The position numbers were made by a program, and so were the translations under genes. Of a stretch of 64,000 nucleotides of DNA, positions 25,215 through 37,158 are shown piece by piece (the first letter of the stretch is position 1; every line of letters begins with the position of its first letter). Below the pieces are notes generated by a model. That model was given only the letters and a program-made list of their open reading frames with translations, ran no database searches and was not told where the DNA came from. Origin of the DNA: Felis catus (lineage: Eukaryota); contig NC_058368.1 of NCBI RefSeq assembly GCF_018350175.1, forward strand, positions 38,380,001 through 38,444,000, written 5' to 3'.

Positions 25215-25925
25215 ATGATACCTAATTCTTAATGGCAAGTGGGACATTATCCAGTTGGCAATCTAACTTAGCAATTTAGTCCTTTTATAAATATACCTAG
25301 TTTCTGAATGTCCCTCATTAAATTAGGTGTTAAAAACTCTAGCACATGTTTGTGTTATATTTTCCTGAGTGATAATTTTACCATTTTGATCATTATATTT
25401 TGATATTCTATGTACGTCTATCAACATCCAATGTCTACCTATTTCCAACCTGGCAGCTGTCTTCTATTGGATTGCATCAATCTTTCATAGTTTGGCTGAG
25501 TAGGGTATTTTCAACCACTAGACGGGAGAAATTGGTCCCATGGGAGCTACAGAGGATGATAAATATTCTTAAATTATGACCTGGAGGTGTCATATATTAT
25601 AGTATGGTGTCATCAATACAAATATTGATGATGTATCCATAAAACATTAATTCTCTATCTGGAAGGCAACATGCATATGTAAATTAATAAAGTAAAATTA
25701 TTTTAAATCTTCTGCTTTATCAATTCTATTAGATTCAAATTAACCTAATTTTTCAGAGAATTTCAACACTAATGTAAATCTTCATTTTGCCTTTGTAACA
25801 AATCTACACCTTGATCATATGTTAATTGTAGAGTTGAAACCTTATGTTTTTTACATAGAAATGACCATTAACAACAGTTTATACACTTAATATTTTCCTA
25901 TACGCTAATTCCCTAAAGTGTTTTT

Positions 25926-26096
25926 TTAATGTTTGTTTACTTTTCAGAGAGAGAGAGAGTGCCAGCAGGGGAGGGCAGAGAGAGAGATGGAGACAAAGAA
26001 TCCAAAGTAAGCTCTAGATTCTGAGCTGTCTGCACAGAGGCTAATGCGGGACTCAAACTCACGAACCGCGAGATCATGACCTGTGCTGAAGTCAGA
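25926..26096 (-). mobile_element. 5'-truncated Can-SINE with TSD
   Basis: Body stops at gctgaagtcaga, so the head is missing. TSD ccctaaagt(g/a)ttttt at 25911-25925 and 26097-26111. Confidence 0.93.
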
Positions 26097-26744
26097 CCCT
26101 AAAGTATTTTTGAAAGACACGTTAAGACTTGAAGTGAGAGTCAAAATTAAGTGAATCCTACTTATAAAAATCCAAATGGAATTTGGTAATTTACATGCAA
26201 CAGATAAATGCCATTTAAGAACAATTAATCCTGTCAAATGTACAACACATTAAATACAAAAAAGAATTAAAATGTTAGTTTATGTATCTGTGTGTGTACA
26301 TGTGTGTGTGTGTTTTAACTGCAGTTCTACATTGAATTTCAAATAACACTACAGTCACTGCCTTTGCTGTGACCTTAGTTAGCACACATCTTGAATGTTC
26401 CCAAATTGTAGACTGTCCTTGTGCCTGACACTGCACCGCAACTCCTCATCCAAACTTCTATGTGGCCTTATAGGCCAAATCACAACTCCTCCTTTCCAAT
26501 CTATACTTCTGTGTCGATTAGTGCTATATTTTTTCTCCTTTATTCTATACTGATATTAGTGCTTATAAATTACATTGCTGTACCCATTATACTGTAAATA
26601 TTTAATACCTAAAAATCTAATTACTTAAAATTTTAGGAAGTCGTGCCTCAATATAAATTATAATTACACATGCTCACACATACGCACACATACACACACA
26701 GAGAGTTTGAAAATAAAAAAAAATAAAGGGGGACATTGCAAAAT

Positions 26745-26943
26745 TTTCAGTTTTATTTATTTATTTTGAAACAGAGAGAGGGAGAGTGGGGCAGGGGAAG
26801 GGAGACAGGGAGAGAGAAAGAATCCCAGGTAGGCTCTGCACTGTCAATGCAGAGCCTGACATGAGGCTCGAACTCACTAACTGTGAGATCATGACCTGAG
26901 CCGAAATAAGAATGCTTCTCCGACTGAGCCACCCAGGTACGCC
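26745..26943 (-). mobile_element. Can-SINE
   Basis: gaggctcgaactcactaactgtgagatcatgacctgagccgaaa...cgactgagccacccagg. Confidence 0.94.
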
Positions 26944-27204
26944 ACAATTGTCCCTCCTTAAATACAAATGAGATTACTGCTGACAAGTATCAAGCTAAAA
27001 GTTATACAGAAGTCTTTACTGAGGACTACTTTGGATTCTTCTGATTTCTCTCTATTGCCATAAATTTATCTTACTTCAGGACCCTAAAGGAAGTTCTATT
27101 GCCAAGTGTCTTTTTTTCTGGCAATACTTGAAAAAAATATGGCTGTTTTCTTTTCTCCCAGTCCAAGTTTCTAAATTTGGCATTTGTCCAACTTGATCAA
27201 GAAC

Positions 27205-27800
27205 TTCATTCAAATAAGGAACATGGCATTTAGCCAAGGAGCAACTATTGGAACAATGCAGATCGAATGAGAAAAGAGCCAACAAAGACCCCGCGTTCAT
27301 GGAGCATGCAATTGAAAAAGTAAAAATCCTTAACTTACTGAAACTGTGATGAATATTACGAAGAGGTCATAGATAAGTATGGATGTTTATAGCAAAAAAT
27401 AATTTTTCCACTCTTAGAGTCTTATGACATGTGCAAGTTAAAGAATGAGCAGAAATTATCTGTATACCCCGTATAAGGGGTATAAGGGATGAAGTGAGAA
27501 ATGGAAAGGAAGACAGAAGGAATCCCTGAGGATGTTGAGCACTGGTGATCCCACTGTCCAGTGTTATGAGGAAAGGGACAGAACAAGGAGATGTGGCTGG
27601 AGACACAGGAAGTACCCAACAGGCAGTGTGTGAGAGGAGAGAATCATGTCTTTCTACCTGTCCTGAAAAGATAGGGAGTTTTAAACTAGAGATTCAAATG
27701 ATCAGATCTGTATTCTTTAAAGTTCTTTGTTGAGTCCATGAGTAGAATGAATGGGAAAGTGGCAAGTTAGGCAGACCAAGTCCTACTAAGGGGGTGGGGA
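27205..27800 (-). mobile_element. L2 fragment
   Basis: ttcattcaaata...acaaagaccccgcgttcatggagc...atgatcagatctgtattcttt...agtagaatgaatggg resembles the reverse complement of L2. Confidence 0.55.
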
Positions 27801-27835
27801 CAGTGAGTATAAAAAATACTATAAAAAGAACTCTC

Positions 27836-28043
27836 AGGGCACCTGGGTGGCTCAGTTGTTTAAGACCCTGACTTCAGCTCAGGTAATGATCTCGCAGTTC
27901 GTGGGTTCGAGCCCCGCATCGGGCTCTGTGCTGACAGCTCAGAGCCTAAAGCCTGCTTTGGATTCTGAATCTCCCTCTCTCTCTGTCCCTCCCCCCACTT
28001 TGCTCTGTCTCTCAAAAATAAACACAAGTAAATTAAAAAAAAT
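27836..28043 (+). mobile_element. Can-SINE
   Basis: gggcacctgggtggctcagttg...ttcgagccccgcatcgggctctgtgctgacagc. TSD aagaactct. Confidence 0.95.
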
Positions 28044-28490
28044 AAGAACTCTTTTCCTATTGAAATATTTGTTAGAATCACCTGCTTTTATATCTGTCCT
28101 CCCAAACATGTTTAAAGACATACTAAATATAAACTTATAAGTTATTTTATAAGCAGAAAAACTTGATTTGGGATCCATGAGGTTTATTTGCTTTTAATTT
28201 TCATATTTACCTGTTAGTTTTCACTTTTTATGCCTAATATTCTGTAGATCTCTTGTCCTTTGCTCTATTTCTACCCACCTCACCCTCAGCAGATGACCTT
28301 CTTTATTCTTCACGGGGAAGATACAATTGATTTTTAAAATCTTCTGAAAAAGTCTCATAACTTCCCCAAAACAGGGGTCAGAATCTCTGTTTCTCTGGGG
28401 TACTACTGTAGCATTTATACTTTCTTGTTCCTACCCCTTTCCACTGCATCTTCTCCTCATCTTTCAAATCTACACTTTCAAAGCTATTCT

Positions 28491-28705
28491 TTTTTTTTTC
28501 AACGTTTATTTATTTTTTGGGGGACAGAGAGAGACAGAGCATGAACGGGGGAGGGGCAGAGAGAGAGGGAGACACAGAATCGGAAACAGGCTCCAGGGTC
28601 TAAGCCATCAGCCCAGAGCCTGACGCGGGGCTCGAACTCATAGACCGCGAGATCGTGACCTGGCTGAAGTCGGACGCTTAACCGACTGCGCCACCCAGGC
28701 GCCCC
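28491..28705 (-). mobile_element. Young felid Can-SINE with perfect TSD
   Basis: tggctgaagtcggacgcttaaccgactgcgccacccaggcgcccc. TSD tcaaagctattct at 28478-28490 and 28706-28718. Confidence 0.97.
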
Positions 28706-29174
28706 TCAAAGCTATTCTAACAGCACCAAATGTGATACAAGTAGTGGGCTTTCAATGAATATGTAAGATAAAGGCTTCATTCTCCAACATCTAAAACCAT
28801 GGCATTTTTTTTTCAAAGAACACCGTGGATAAAAGAGGGAAATTCTAGCAATCCTATCATATTCTATAATTTAGGCATGCTCCTCAGCCTTCATAGATCA
28901 TTTGCAAAAACCTAGGTTCACATCCAAAATCTGTCAGACACTGTATAAAACCATGATAATGTATATTTGATTAAAATAAACCCAAGAGCATTTATGTATT
29001 TTTCTTGAAATTCCTAAATACTTCACATAACTTATAATTAAATCTTTCGTCAATACTATGCTATCCCCAATATGCAGAAAAAAAATGGCTGTCTGTGAAA
29101 TTGTGACATTCACAAGTTCTAAACCTGTTGTTCAATTGACATTTATCTTAAGCTTCTCTTTGTAAAATGATAAA

Positions 29175-30045
29175 TCGTGTAAAGATAGAACAGTGTAACA
29201 AACCCCTATTGCCTAGATTAAAATATTGTCACTTTTTGATTCCTACTCAAGTCTGACCTTCTCCAAGATTATTTTCAAGGAAATCTCGGACATCACATTA
29301 TGTCATTTAGAGTTATTTTGGCAGGTATCTCTAAAAGATGAGGACTATATTTTTTAAAAACATAAGCATACTAATCTTCTAATTTGAAACTGTTAATTTT
29401 TTAAAAATATCCTTATACATCCATTCAGTATTAATTTTTTATCCAAATCATTACATGAATGAGTCTTTATAGTTAAACTTGGTGAATCAGATTTAAAGTA
29501 AGTTTCACATGCTGCAATCACTGATATATCATTAATCTATAGTGTCCTCTGACTTTTTTCCCTTCCTTCCAATTTATGTTGGAAGAACTAACTGCTTTAT
29601 TCATACTTTCCCCTGAAATGGAGATTGCTGGTCTGCTCTATGATATTGTTTTACATACCCTGTTGATTCTTATATTTCTGGAAATTGGCTAATAGAGAAA
29701 GAAGTCTTCATCAGTTTCAGGTTTAAGTTTTCTGACAAGGCTTCTTCATGGTTTTGTGTTTTTCCATAAAGAGGAACACGATGCTTGATTAACTCTATGT
29801 TATTTTTGGAGCCATTGGTGATCATTGATTAGAACCATTATTTCATTGGTGTTATAAAATAACAGTATTTCATCGGGATTACAAATTACAAAATTCTATC
29901 ATCCTTCATTTATTAGCTAGGAAAGTTCTATAAAAAGAAAATCAAACACATTAGCATTTAGTTACACTAAGGTAAAATTCACAAAATTTCGTAAAAGATG
30001 GATAAGATATATGCTGGAGTCTTTTAAATTCTCCAATTTGATGTT
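29175..30045 (-). mobile_element. Old L1 (L1MC4/5-like) 3' region
   Basis: ggtatctctaaaagatgaggact...tgaatcagatt...ttatgttggaagaacta...tttattagctag...ttctataaaaagaaa match recalled L1MC 3' motifs. Confidence 0.7.
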
Positions 30046-32577
30046 TCCTGATTTATAAGGAAAACTATACAATCCTCAAAATGCTAACATGAAGGTCAAA
30101 ATCCTGCACTTGTTTGTTGGTAAAAAACAAAAACAAAAAAACTTTCTTACCCAAAGACCTAAAAATGTAGCAATTTTGAACTTAGAAAAATATGTCCACA
30201 ATTGAATTTTTATACAAACTAGGAGATAGCCACAGTACTTTTTTTAACACAATGGAGAAATGCAGTGCTATATTGGCTGTGTGTTTGTTTTCTTTTTTGA
30301 CAAACTACTTCAGATAATAAAGGTGCTGGCGAAGGAGCACGTACTATGCGTATTGTGAAAATGTCATATCAAGGCACCTGTATGTATAAATTGCCCAGCT
30401 AAAACAGGAACTGAATAGTTTCTATTGGTACTTAGTGATATAGAATTCTAATCCATTTGAGACATATGAGCCATGGTTTCATATGATTTGTATTCACCAA
30501 TCTTTTGAAAGCTATATTATACTCTTACGTTTGCTCAAGACTATTGTCATTATTTAATATTCTTATGTAAAATTTCAAAACACTAGCATTACACATAAAT
30601 ACAACATTAATGAATGCTCCTTCATTGAATAAACTTGAATTTAAATAGGCATTCTTCTGACGAATACTGCCCTTTTTATGTGTATCTCAGTGCCACAACT
30701 GAAATCAAATCATAGTTTCCAAGCAAGTATCTTCCTAAATGCTGTCTCATTTGAACATTTACCAGGTTATATTATAAAACTTATCAACCCAGTTCATTTT
30801 ATGTTGAGTTGGAAACATTCCATTATCTTTCCAAAAAGGTATAGAGTATTTTTAAATGTTCTTCAATCTCAGTGATTGTATTTTCTTGCATGGACAATTG
30901 AAACTGGCCATGTAGCCAATAACATTTTTTTCTTTTAAATGTCTAGATTTAATCCTCGGCTGGGTGTCTCAGTTTTATGCTTATCATTTGAAACATCAAA
31001 AATGTTTATAATTTATTATGGCTTAACCCATAAAGGGTTAAGATATTTCATTATCTTTTCCATCATCAATTGGTCTTAATTCCCCCACCACATGATGTAT
31101 AGCTTTGTATGCCATTTTTCTATAGGCATGGTAGTATATCAATTGTTTCTGAAATTTTTTAAAGACCTAGATGAAGCTGAAATATGAAATAAAGCTATGT
31201 AGAGCCACATACTGGAAAGCTTAAAAAGTAAATGACAGTAACTATTATCTACATAGTGCATAGTGCCTACCAATTTTACTCTAAACTCTTGTCACCAAAA
31301 AATACTCATTAAAAACTAATCATTATTACTTGGGTCAAAACTGCTTCTCAGAGCAAAGTTTCATCTTTCAAATGTTGAGTCTCTGCCTTTTTTTTTTCTC
31401 CCAGTGATATGAACGATCTTTCCCAAATAAAACATGATGAGTGCTTTACATGTTTCTGACAGAATACAAAGACTGACTATTTTAAATGATAAGGATCTCT
31501 TCTACTGACTTCTCATTTAGAGTCGTTAAAGACGAGGCTTATATACTATGTGTGTAACAGCAGAATGATTTCTTGAATGTACTGTTCAGTACTAAATTAT
31601 AAAAAAAAAGTTGGCAAAATTTTATTTAAAGCGTGCCTTTGAAATTCACCATTTCTATAACAGGAAGGTTGGAGAAAGGTTATGAACTGACACCATTATC
31701 TTGATATCTGTCAGGGAGTTGGCTATTGACATGAAAAAGGAAGACTACTCTGTCTTTCCAAATAATAAAAAGCTCTTTACATTTTAAAATGAAAGCCATT
31801 TACTAGAAAGCCTTTGAAAAGCATGTTTCTCTGAGTTTTAAACACAAATCAGAAAGGCAAGTAATCATTCCAACTGGTGATGGAAGCAAGGACACATTTG
31901 TGCACTTGCAGTTGCTATTATAAGGATCTTGCCACTAGGCTGCCATTAAAATTGAGTTGGCTTTGATTAGAAATGACAATTTCCAGAATTAGCTTTGCAA
32001 TTATTTTAATTGTGCTAATATTTCAAAAAAAATTATAAAATATTTCTCCTTATTCAAATACTTATTCATTTTAAATTTTCTTACCATAAGACAAACTTTT
32101 AAAGTTAAAGGCATGTGAATGGAAAATATACCTAACTATATTAATTTTAAACAGTTTATTTTGTAGTGTAAAAGTTCAAAATTTATGGGAGAAGGTGTAA
32201 GACTTGTAAGTATTGAAAGAATTTTAAATGAAAAGGCATAGCAACTGCTTTTTAAAGCAAGGATGCATGCCCTGATTTAATTAACAAAGTTTTCTTTGTA
32301 ATGTCTGGGAAGAAAAAAGATAAAGTTCAGAGGAACTATGCTGTGTCTACCGTGTTGAGATAGAATCAGTAAATGGTTTGTACTGAGCTAAATGAAAAGT
32401 TAAAGCTTAACACACGTACTTAATGTCTGTATTTAAAGGTGTTTACTATAGTCTGGGATCTATTTCATGATGGGTTTAATCTGTATGTACTAAAGACTGA
32501 TACCCTAAAGAAACTGCTTCTTATGAGCAATGATTTTCCTAGGTGTTGTTTAATGTTTACATGATTATAATAGCATT

Positions 32578-32789
32578 GACTTTGTGTTTTTTGTATTTAT
32601 TTTTGAGAGACAAAGAAAGAGCACAAGCAGGGGTGGGGCAGAGAAAGAGAGGGAGACAGAATCTGAAGCAGGCTCCAGGCTGTGAGTTGTCAGCACAGAG
32701 GCTAATGGCGGAGCTCAAGCCCACGAACCATGAGATCATGACCTGAGCCGAAGTCGGATGCTTAACTGGACTGAGCCACCCAGGCGCCC
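32578..32789 (-). mobile_element. Can-SINE
   Basis: gagccgaagtcggatgcttaactggactgagccacccaggcgccc. TSD ataa(t/c)agcatt. Confidence 0.95.
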
Positions 32790-33665
32790 ATAACAGCATT
32801 TGCAAAATCATTTAAGTTAAATAACATGCTTGTCTCTATTGTATGTAATCGCAATCAAAACATGAGATACATTGGTAAATCAATAAGTAAATATTGAGTT
32901 TTTCTTGAACAACTTTCAACTTAATATATTTTATAAATTTTTGAAAATCAGAAAAATTTCCAAAACACTTGAACTTCTTAGAGTCAAAAATCAAGCACAT
33001 AAGAGGAAACATGTAACACACGGTATTATGATTTAGTACCTGTTTGACTATGTTATGAATTAGCCGCTTCAAGATGACCAATGTAAGTTATGAGCCTCTA
33101 TCAAAAAACTATGGAAAACAAATTAGTTTGAGGGGAAAACAAGCTGAAAGCTGTCATAAATTTTTTTTTGTAGTTTTGTGTTGTCAAGCCATATGCTAAT
33201 AGCTGAAAAATTAGAAACCTGCAGCAATCAAATCATTTATCTTTTGACAGATCAGTAAAGAGTGATAACAAGGAAATGTGAGTGCCAGATAGAGTAACTA
33301 TTCTGAAAATATCAGCTATTTTAAACAGTCAGAATATAAAAATAAGAATTGATAAAATTATTACTTAAAAAATAGAAAGGTGTTTCACAGAGTGCTCTGA
33401 ATAAAAAGTGAGAAACTAGGTTATTGGAAGTTTCTTCACATGAAAGAGGTGTTGAATAAATGAGATGTATGTGTGGGGAAGAAAAGAGTGAGTTAAGTGG
33501 CTCAAAGGTTATATATCCAGCACAATCTCCAAAATTTAAGGCAGACCGGATGTTACTATATTGCATAACTCCAATAGAGTCCAATTTTTATAGGTATGGG
33601 AATCACATAGAAGCATAAAGTTTCATTCATTACACATACAATTCTAAGTTTATGAAGTAGAAAAC

Positions 33666-33900
33666 TTTTTTTAAATACTTTTTGATGTTATTTCTGAGAG
33701 AGAGAGGCAGATACAGAAAGAGTCAAAGAGACAGAGTCCAAGTGGGGGAGGTGCAGAGAGAGAGGGAGACAAAGAATCCAAAGCAGGCTCCAGGCTCCAA
33801 GCTGTCAGCAGAACCCGACGTGGGGCTCCAACTCATGAAATATGAGATCATGACCTGAGCCAAAGTGGGACGCTTAATGTACTGAGCCACCCAGGCACCC
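33666..33900 (-). mobile_element. Can-SINE
   Basis: gcaggctccaggctccaagctgtcagc...actgagccacccaggcaccc. Confidence 0.94.
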
Positions 33901-33946
33901 TTAAAACATTTTTATCTGAATAACTGCAGTTATGCCTTCTATCAAT

Positions 33947-33980
33947 TATATATATATATTATATAATATATATATATATA
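33947..33980. repeat. Interrupted (TA)n
   Basis: tatatatatatattatataatatatatatatata. Confidence 0.85.
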
Positions 33981-34034
33981 AAATGTAATCTATATAATGA
34001 AATAAAAATACTAGAACTTAAAGCATTGCATGAA

Positions 34035-34355
34035 TCTATGAGTTGACTGTTCTGTTCTTCTGGTCTTATCTAGACCCACTTTTATAGCTACATTCAGCTA
34101 GAAAGGTCACTAGCACAAGGGAGTCTCCGAGGGCCTCACCAGCATGTGAACCTTTGTGGAATAAGTAGGCTTATGTCTACATGTGATTTTTCATGGGCAC
34201 CACATCACATGATGACAGTAGTATTCACGGGCACCAAGAGTAGAAGCTGGAAGTCCTCTAGAGGCTAAAACATTGTTATTCAAAAGCAAGACACAAGGAT
34301 GGAGCAAGAGATTCTATTTTTTAATAGGATAACAAAAGGTGGTGTCCATGTTTCT
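34035..34355 (-). mobile_element. MLT1 (MaLR) LTR fragment, old subfamily
   Basis: gctacattcagctag...ggcctcacc...gaagctggaagtcctctagaggct...aaagcaagacacaagg match the reverse complement of MLT1J/K-type motifs. Confidence 0.55.
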
Positions 34356-34464
34356 CATGGGCACATAAATTAGTATAGAACTGTGAAAAATTTCTAGAAA
34401 CACTAATGAAGCGAAAAGAGAGGTACATAATCACATATTGGAAACAAGCATATATTTTTAAAAC

Positions 34465-34643
34465 AACTGGATTCAAATTCTCTCAATTACCTTCATTGGC
34501 TCTGTGAAGTGGGCAATTTATACTTCAAATGGGCATAATATCACCTCCACAGGATTGATTAGATTATTAAATGGAATGCTGTATGTAAAGCACTTAGAAT
34601 ATTTAGCATTTGGTATGAACTCTAAATAGTAGTTATTATCATT
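34465..34643 (+). mobile_element. MIR
   Basis: ggattcaaattc...aaatgggcataatatcacctccacaggattg...gtatgtaaagcacttagaa...gttattatcatt. Confidence 0.75.
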
Positions 34644-35153
34644 TAATCATCCTAGAGTTAGGTTAGATTCTATAGGGTACAGAAAGCAATTATTTTTATA
34701 ACCAAATCTTTTATCAAATCTCCTTTACTGCTATGACCCATCCCCATCATTTTACCTTGGGTAGATCACCTGGAATTTTCTGGGTTCTCTCAGATATTGA
34801 CAGTTTTATTTTACATAGAGAAATACAATTTTGTGTAAAACATAAAGCTTCAGTCTCTCAGCTAGTTCATTTCCATTTTTTTACATTGAGTCTGCCTGAA
34901 GCCATTCAACCTCATTTTGGCAGCTCATGACCGGCATTTTTCTTTTTTAACCATTTCCCTCTGATGAACTTTTCTTCCCCCTCTTCTACTCACTGCTACT
35001 CACTTCTACTCATTACTCTTCTGCTTCCATCAGAGCAGGTTTGAAGGAAGCAAGTTCCAGCAAAGACCTTCCTTGATATTCTAAGAAATCTTCTACAACT
35101 AATACCATCTCTTATGTGACAAGTGTGCAAATGCTTCCTTTTGGTCTCCTACA

Positions 35154-35296
35154 CAGAGTAACCATTGATTTATTATCTCAAACAGGACAACTTTAGAATT
35201 AAAAGGGCTCTAAAAGTCATTAGAAGGTTTTAGTTGAGTGGCAGCAAGGATACACTAGGGTTTATGTCATGGAAACCGAGTGAATTCTTCACCCTA
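35154..35296 (-). mobile_element. MER94-like hAT-Blackjack MITE
   Basis: Degenerate terminal inverted ends cagagtaaccat...ttcacccta, with internal atttattatctcaaacaggacaacttt...aaaaggg matching the recalled MER94 consensus. Confidence 0.6.
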
Positions 35297-36052
35297 TTCA
35301 TGAAACCATTTCATGGAGTCCTTGGAGAGCCCCTTGCTGGGCATCGCCAACTGGAGCTTCTCTGGCACAACTGCCATCTTTAGTTGAACATCTGTAACTT
35401 CTGCACCTCTTTCTCCTGAGGTTAAGCTGGAAGCCCACTTGAGTGGAACCTTATTTAAGAGGACTTTTTCCACAGGATGGATACACACCATCATGTAGAA
35501 CAGACATATATTTACCCTGCTGCCAGTGAACATGCCAGAAGAACATCCTTCCTCAGGATGATCCCAAACTATTTTTTTTTCAGCCACTCAAACTATATCA
35601 TGTCCCTTTGTTTCATATTTCACAGAAAAACATACTTTTTTTCTTTCTATTAACTGTTGTGTGGTTATTGTATTAATGCTTATTTCCCAAAGGATGCCAT
35701 GACATGATGTACAAATTATCTTTTTCTCACTATCTTGGCACGATGCTTAAGCATGGAGATTTTATTCATTTATTTAAAAAGTATGAGTAACATCAAGAGT
35801 GGGTTCACAAACATGAGGAAAAGGGAAAAATTGAAATATTTAGAAATTCATGACAAGAGTTATTCTGGGCCAGATTTTAGATTCGACTGAAATATTTTCC
35901 TTGAGAATTATGTAACATTAAAAATATTTTTAGAACTATGCAAAGGTACTTAAATAATAGGAGACTATTTGAAATTGTGTGTTAATTTGTTCACTAAAAT
36001 TTAATTTGCTTTAGAAAAGTATTTCTTATGAGGGAAAACTATTTTGATATTC

Positions 36053-36180
36053 TGTAAGCCCAACCTAAGAATATTTTGAAGGCAGAAGGCATACTGAATT
36101 AAATCAGAGCCCAACCTAAGGTTGTAAGCCCAACCTAAGAATATTTTGAAGGCAGAGGGCATCCTGAATTAAATCAGAGC
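36053..36180. repeat. 58-bp direct duplication with 12-bp templated spacer
   Basis: Copies at 36053-36110 and 36123-36180 differ at 2 positions. Confidence 0.95.
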
Positions 36181-36410
36181 AGTAATGACCCACAGTGCTA
36201 CCACTGTATTAAACTTCATAGACTTAACTACTCTCATAAGCATACTTGTGTACTAGCATCAACCTTACAATTCATTCTTATATAGGAGGATTAAAATATC
36301 CCATGGGTTATTATAATTAAAAAATAGTCATTTCTCTATAAAAGATATTTAAGAAATCATTGAATGTGGTATCAGATAGTTTCAAAGACTTTGATGTAAA
36401 AAGTGGACAT

Positions 36411-36631
36411 GGGGTGCCTGGGTGACTCCGTCGGTTGAACGTCCAGCTTCAGCTCAGGTCATGATCTCACAGATCGTGAGCCCAAGCCCCACATTGGGCT
36501 CTGTGCTGACAGCTCAGAGCCTGGAGCCTCCTTTGGATTCTGTTGTCTCCCTCTCTCTCTGCCTCTTCTCCACTCATGCTTTGTATTTCTCTGACTCTCA
36601 AAAATAAATAAACATTAAAAATAAAATTTTT
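36411..36631 (+). mobile_element. Can-SINE
   Basis: ggggtgcctgggtgactccgtcggttgaacgtcc...ctcaaaaataaataaacatt. Confidence 0.95.
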
Positions 36632-36942
36632 AAAAAGTAGAAATGATTTTTTCTCCACAAAGAAATGTAAATACTCAGAGTACACTTCAATAGTTAAGTT
36701 TGTAGGGAAGGAAAAATTATAGCAGAAAAGCATAATTATATGATTTTGGAACAATTCTACAATTTAGGAAGAAACAAAGTACACAGATTTGATGTTGGCC
36801 AATTTAGGAATGATAAACATACCAAGAAAAAATGTCTTAGTGATTATGAATATTGGTTATTATTGACCTTGAGAAGGAATTAAAGAAAAACAAAAGCACA
36901 TTATTTAACAATATAAAATGAAAAAAAAAAAGAGAAGTGGTA

Positions 36943-37158
36943 GGGCACCTGGGTGGCTCAGTTGGTCAAGCAACCGACTTTGGCTCAGGTCATGATCTCA
37001 CAGTGAGTTCGAGCCCTGCATCAGGCTCTCTGCTGTCAGCAGAGTCTGGAGCCTGCTTCAGATTCTGTGTCTCCCTCTCTGCCACTCCCTCCCTCTCCCT
37101 CCCTCCCTCTCTCTCTCCCCCCCTTTCTCAAAAATAAAAATTTAAAAATTTAAAAAAA
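36943..37158 (+). mobile_element. Can-SINE
   Basis: gggcacctgggtggctcagttggtcaag...ctcaaaaataaaaa. Confidence 0.95.

Noticed and set aside
24511..25232. Repeat-spacer pattern (atacctaattctt recurring about every 240 bp) superficially like a CRISPR array
   Set aside because: The spacers are SINEs and the repeats are target-site duplications in eukaryotic DNA. No cas genes are present.
35294..35587. 97-aa minus-strand ORF
   Set aside because: Non-ATG start and no recognisable domain. It lies among old repeat remnants, and the length is plausible by chance.
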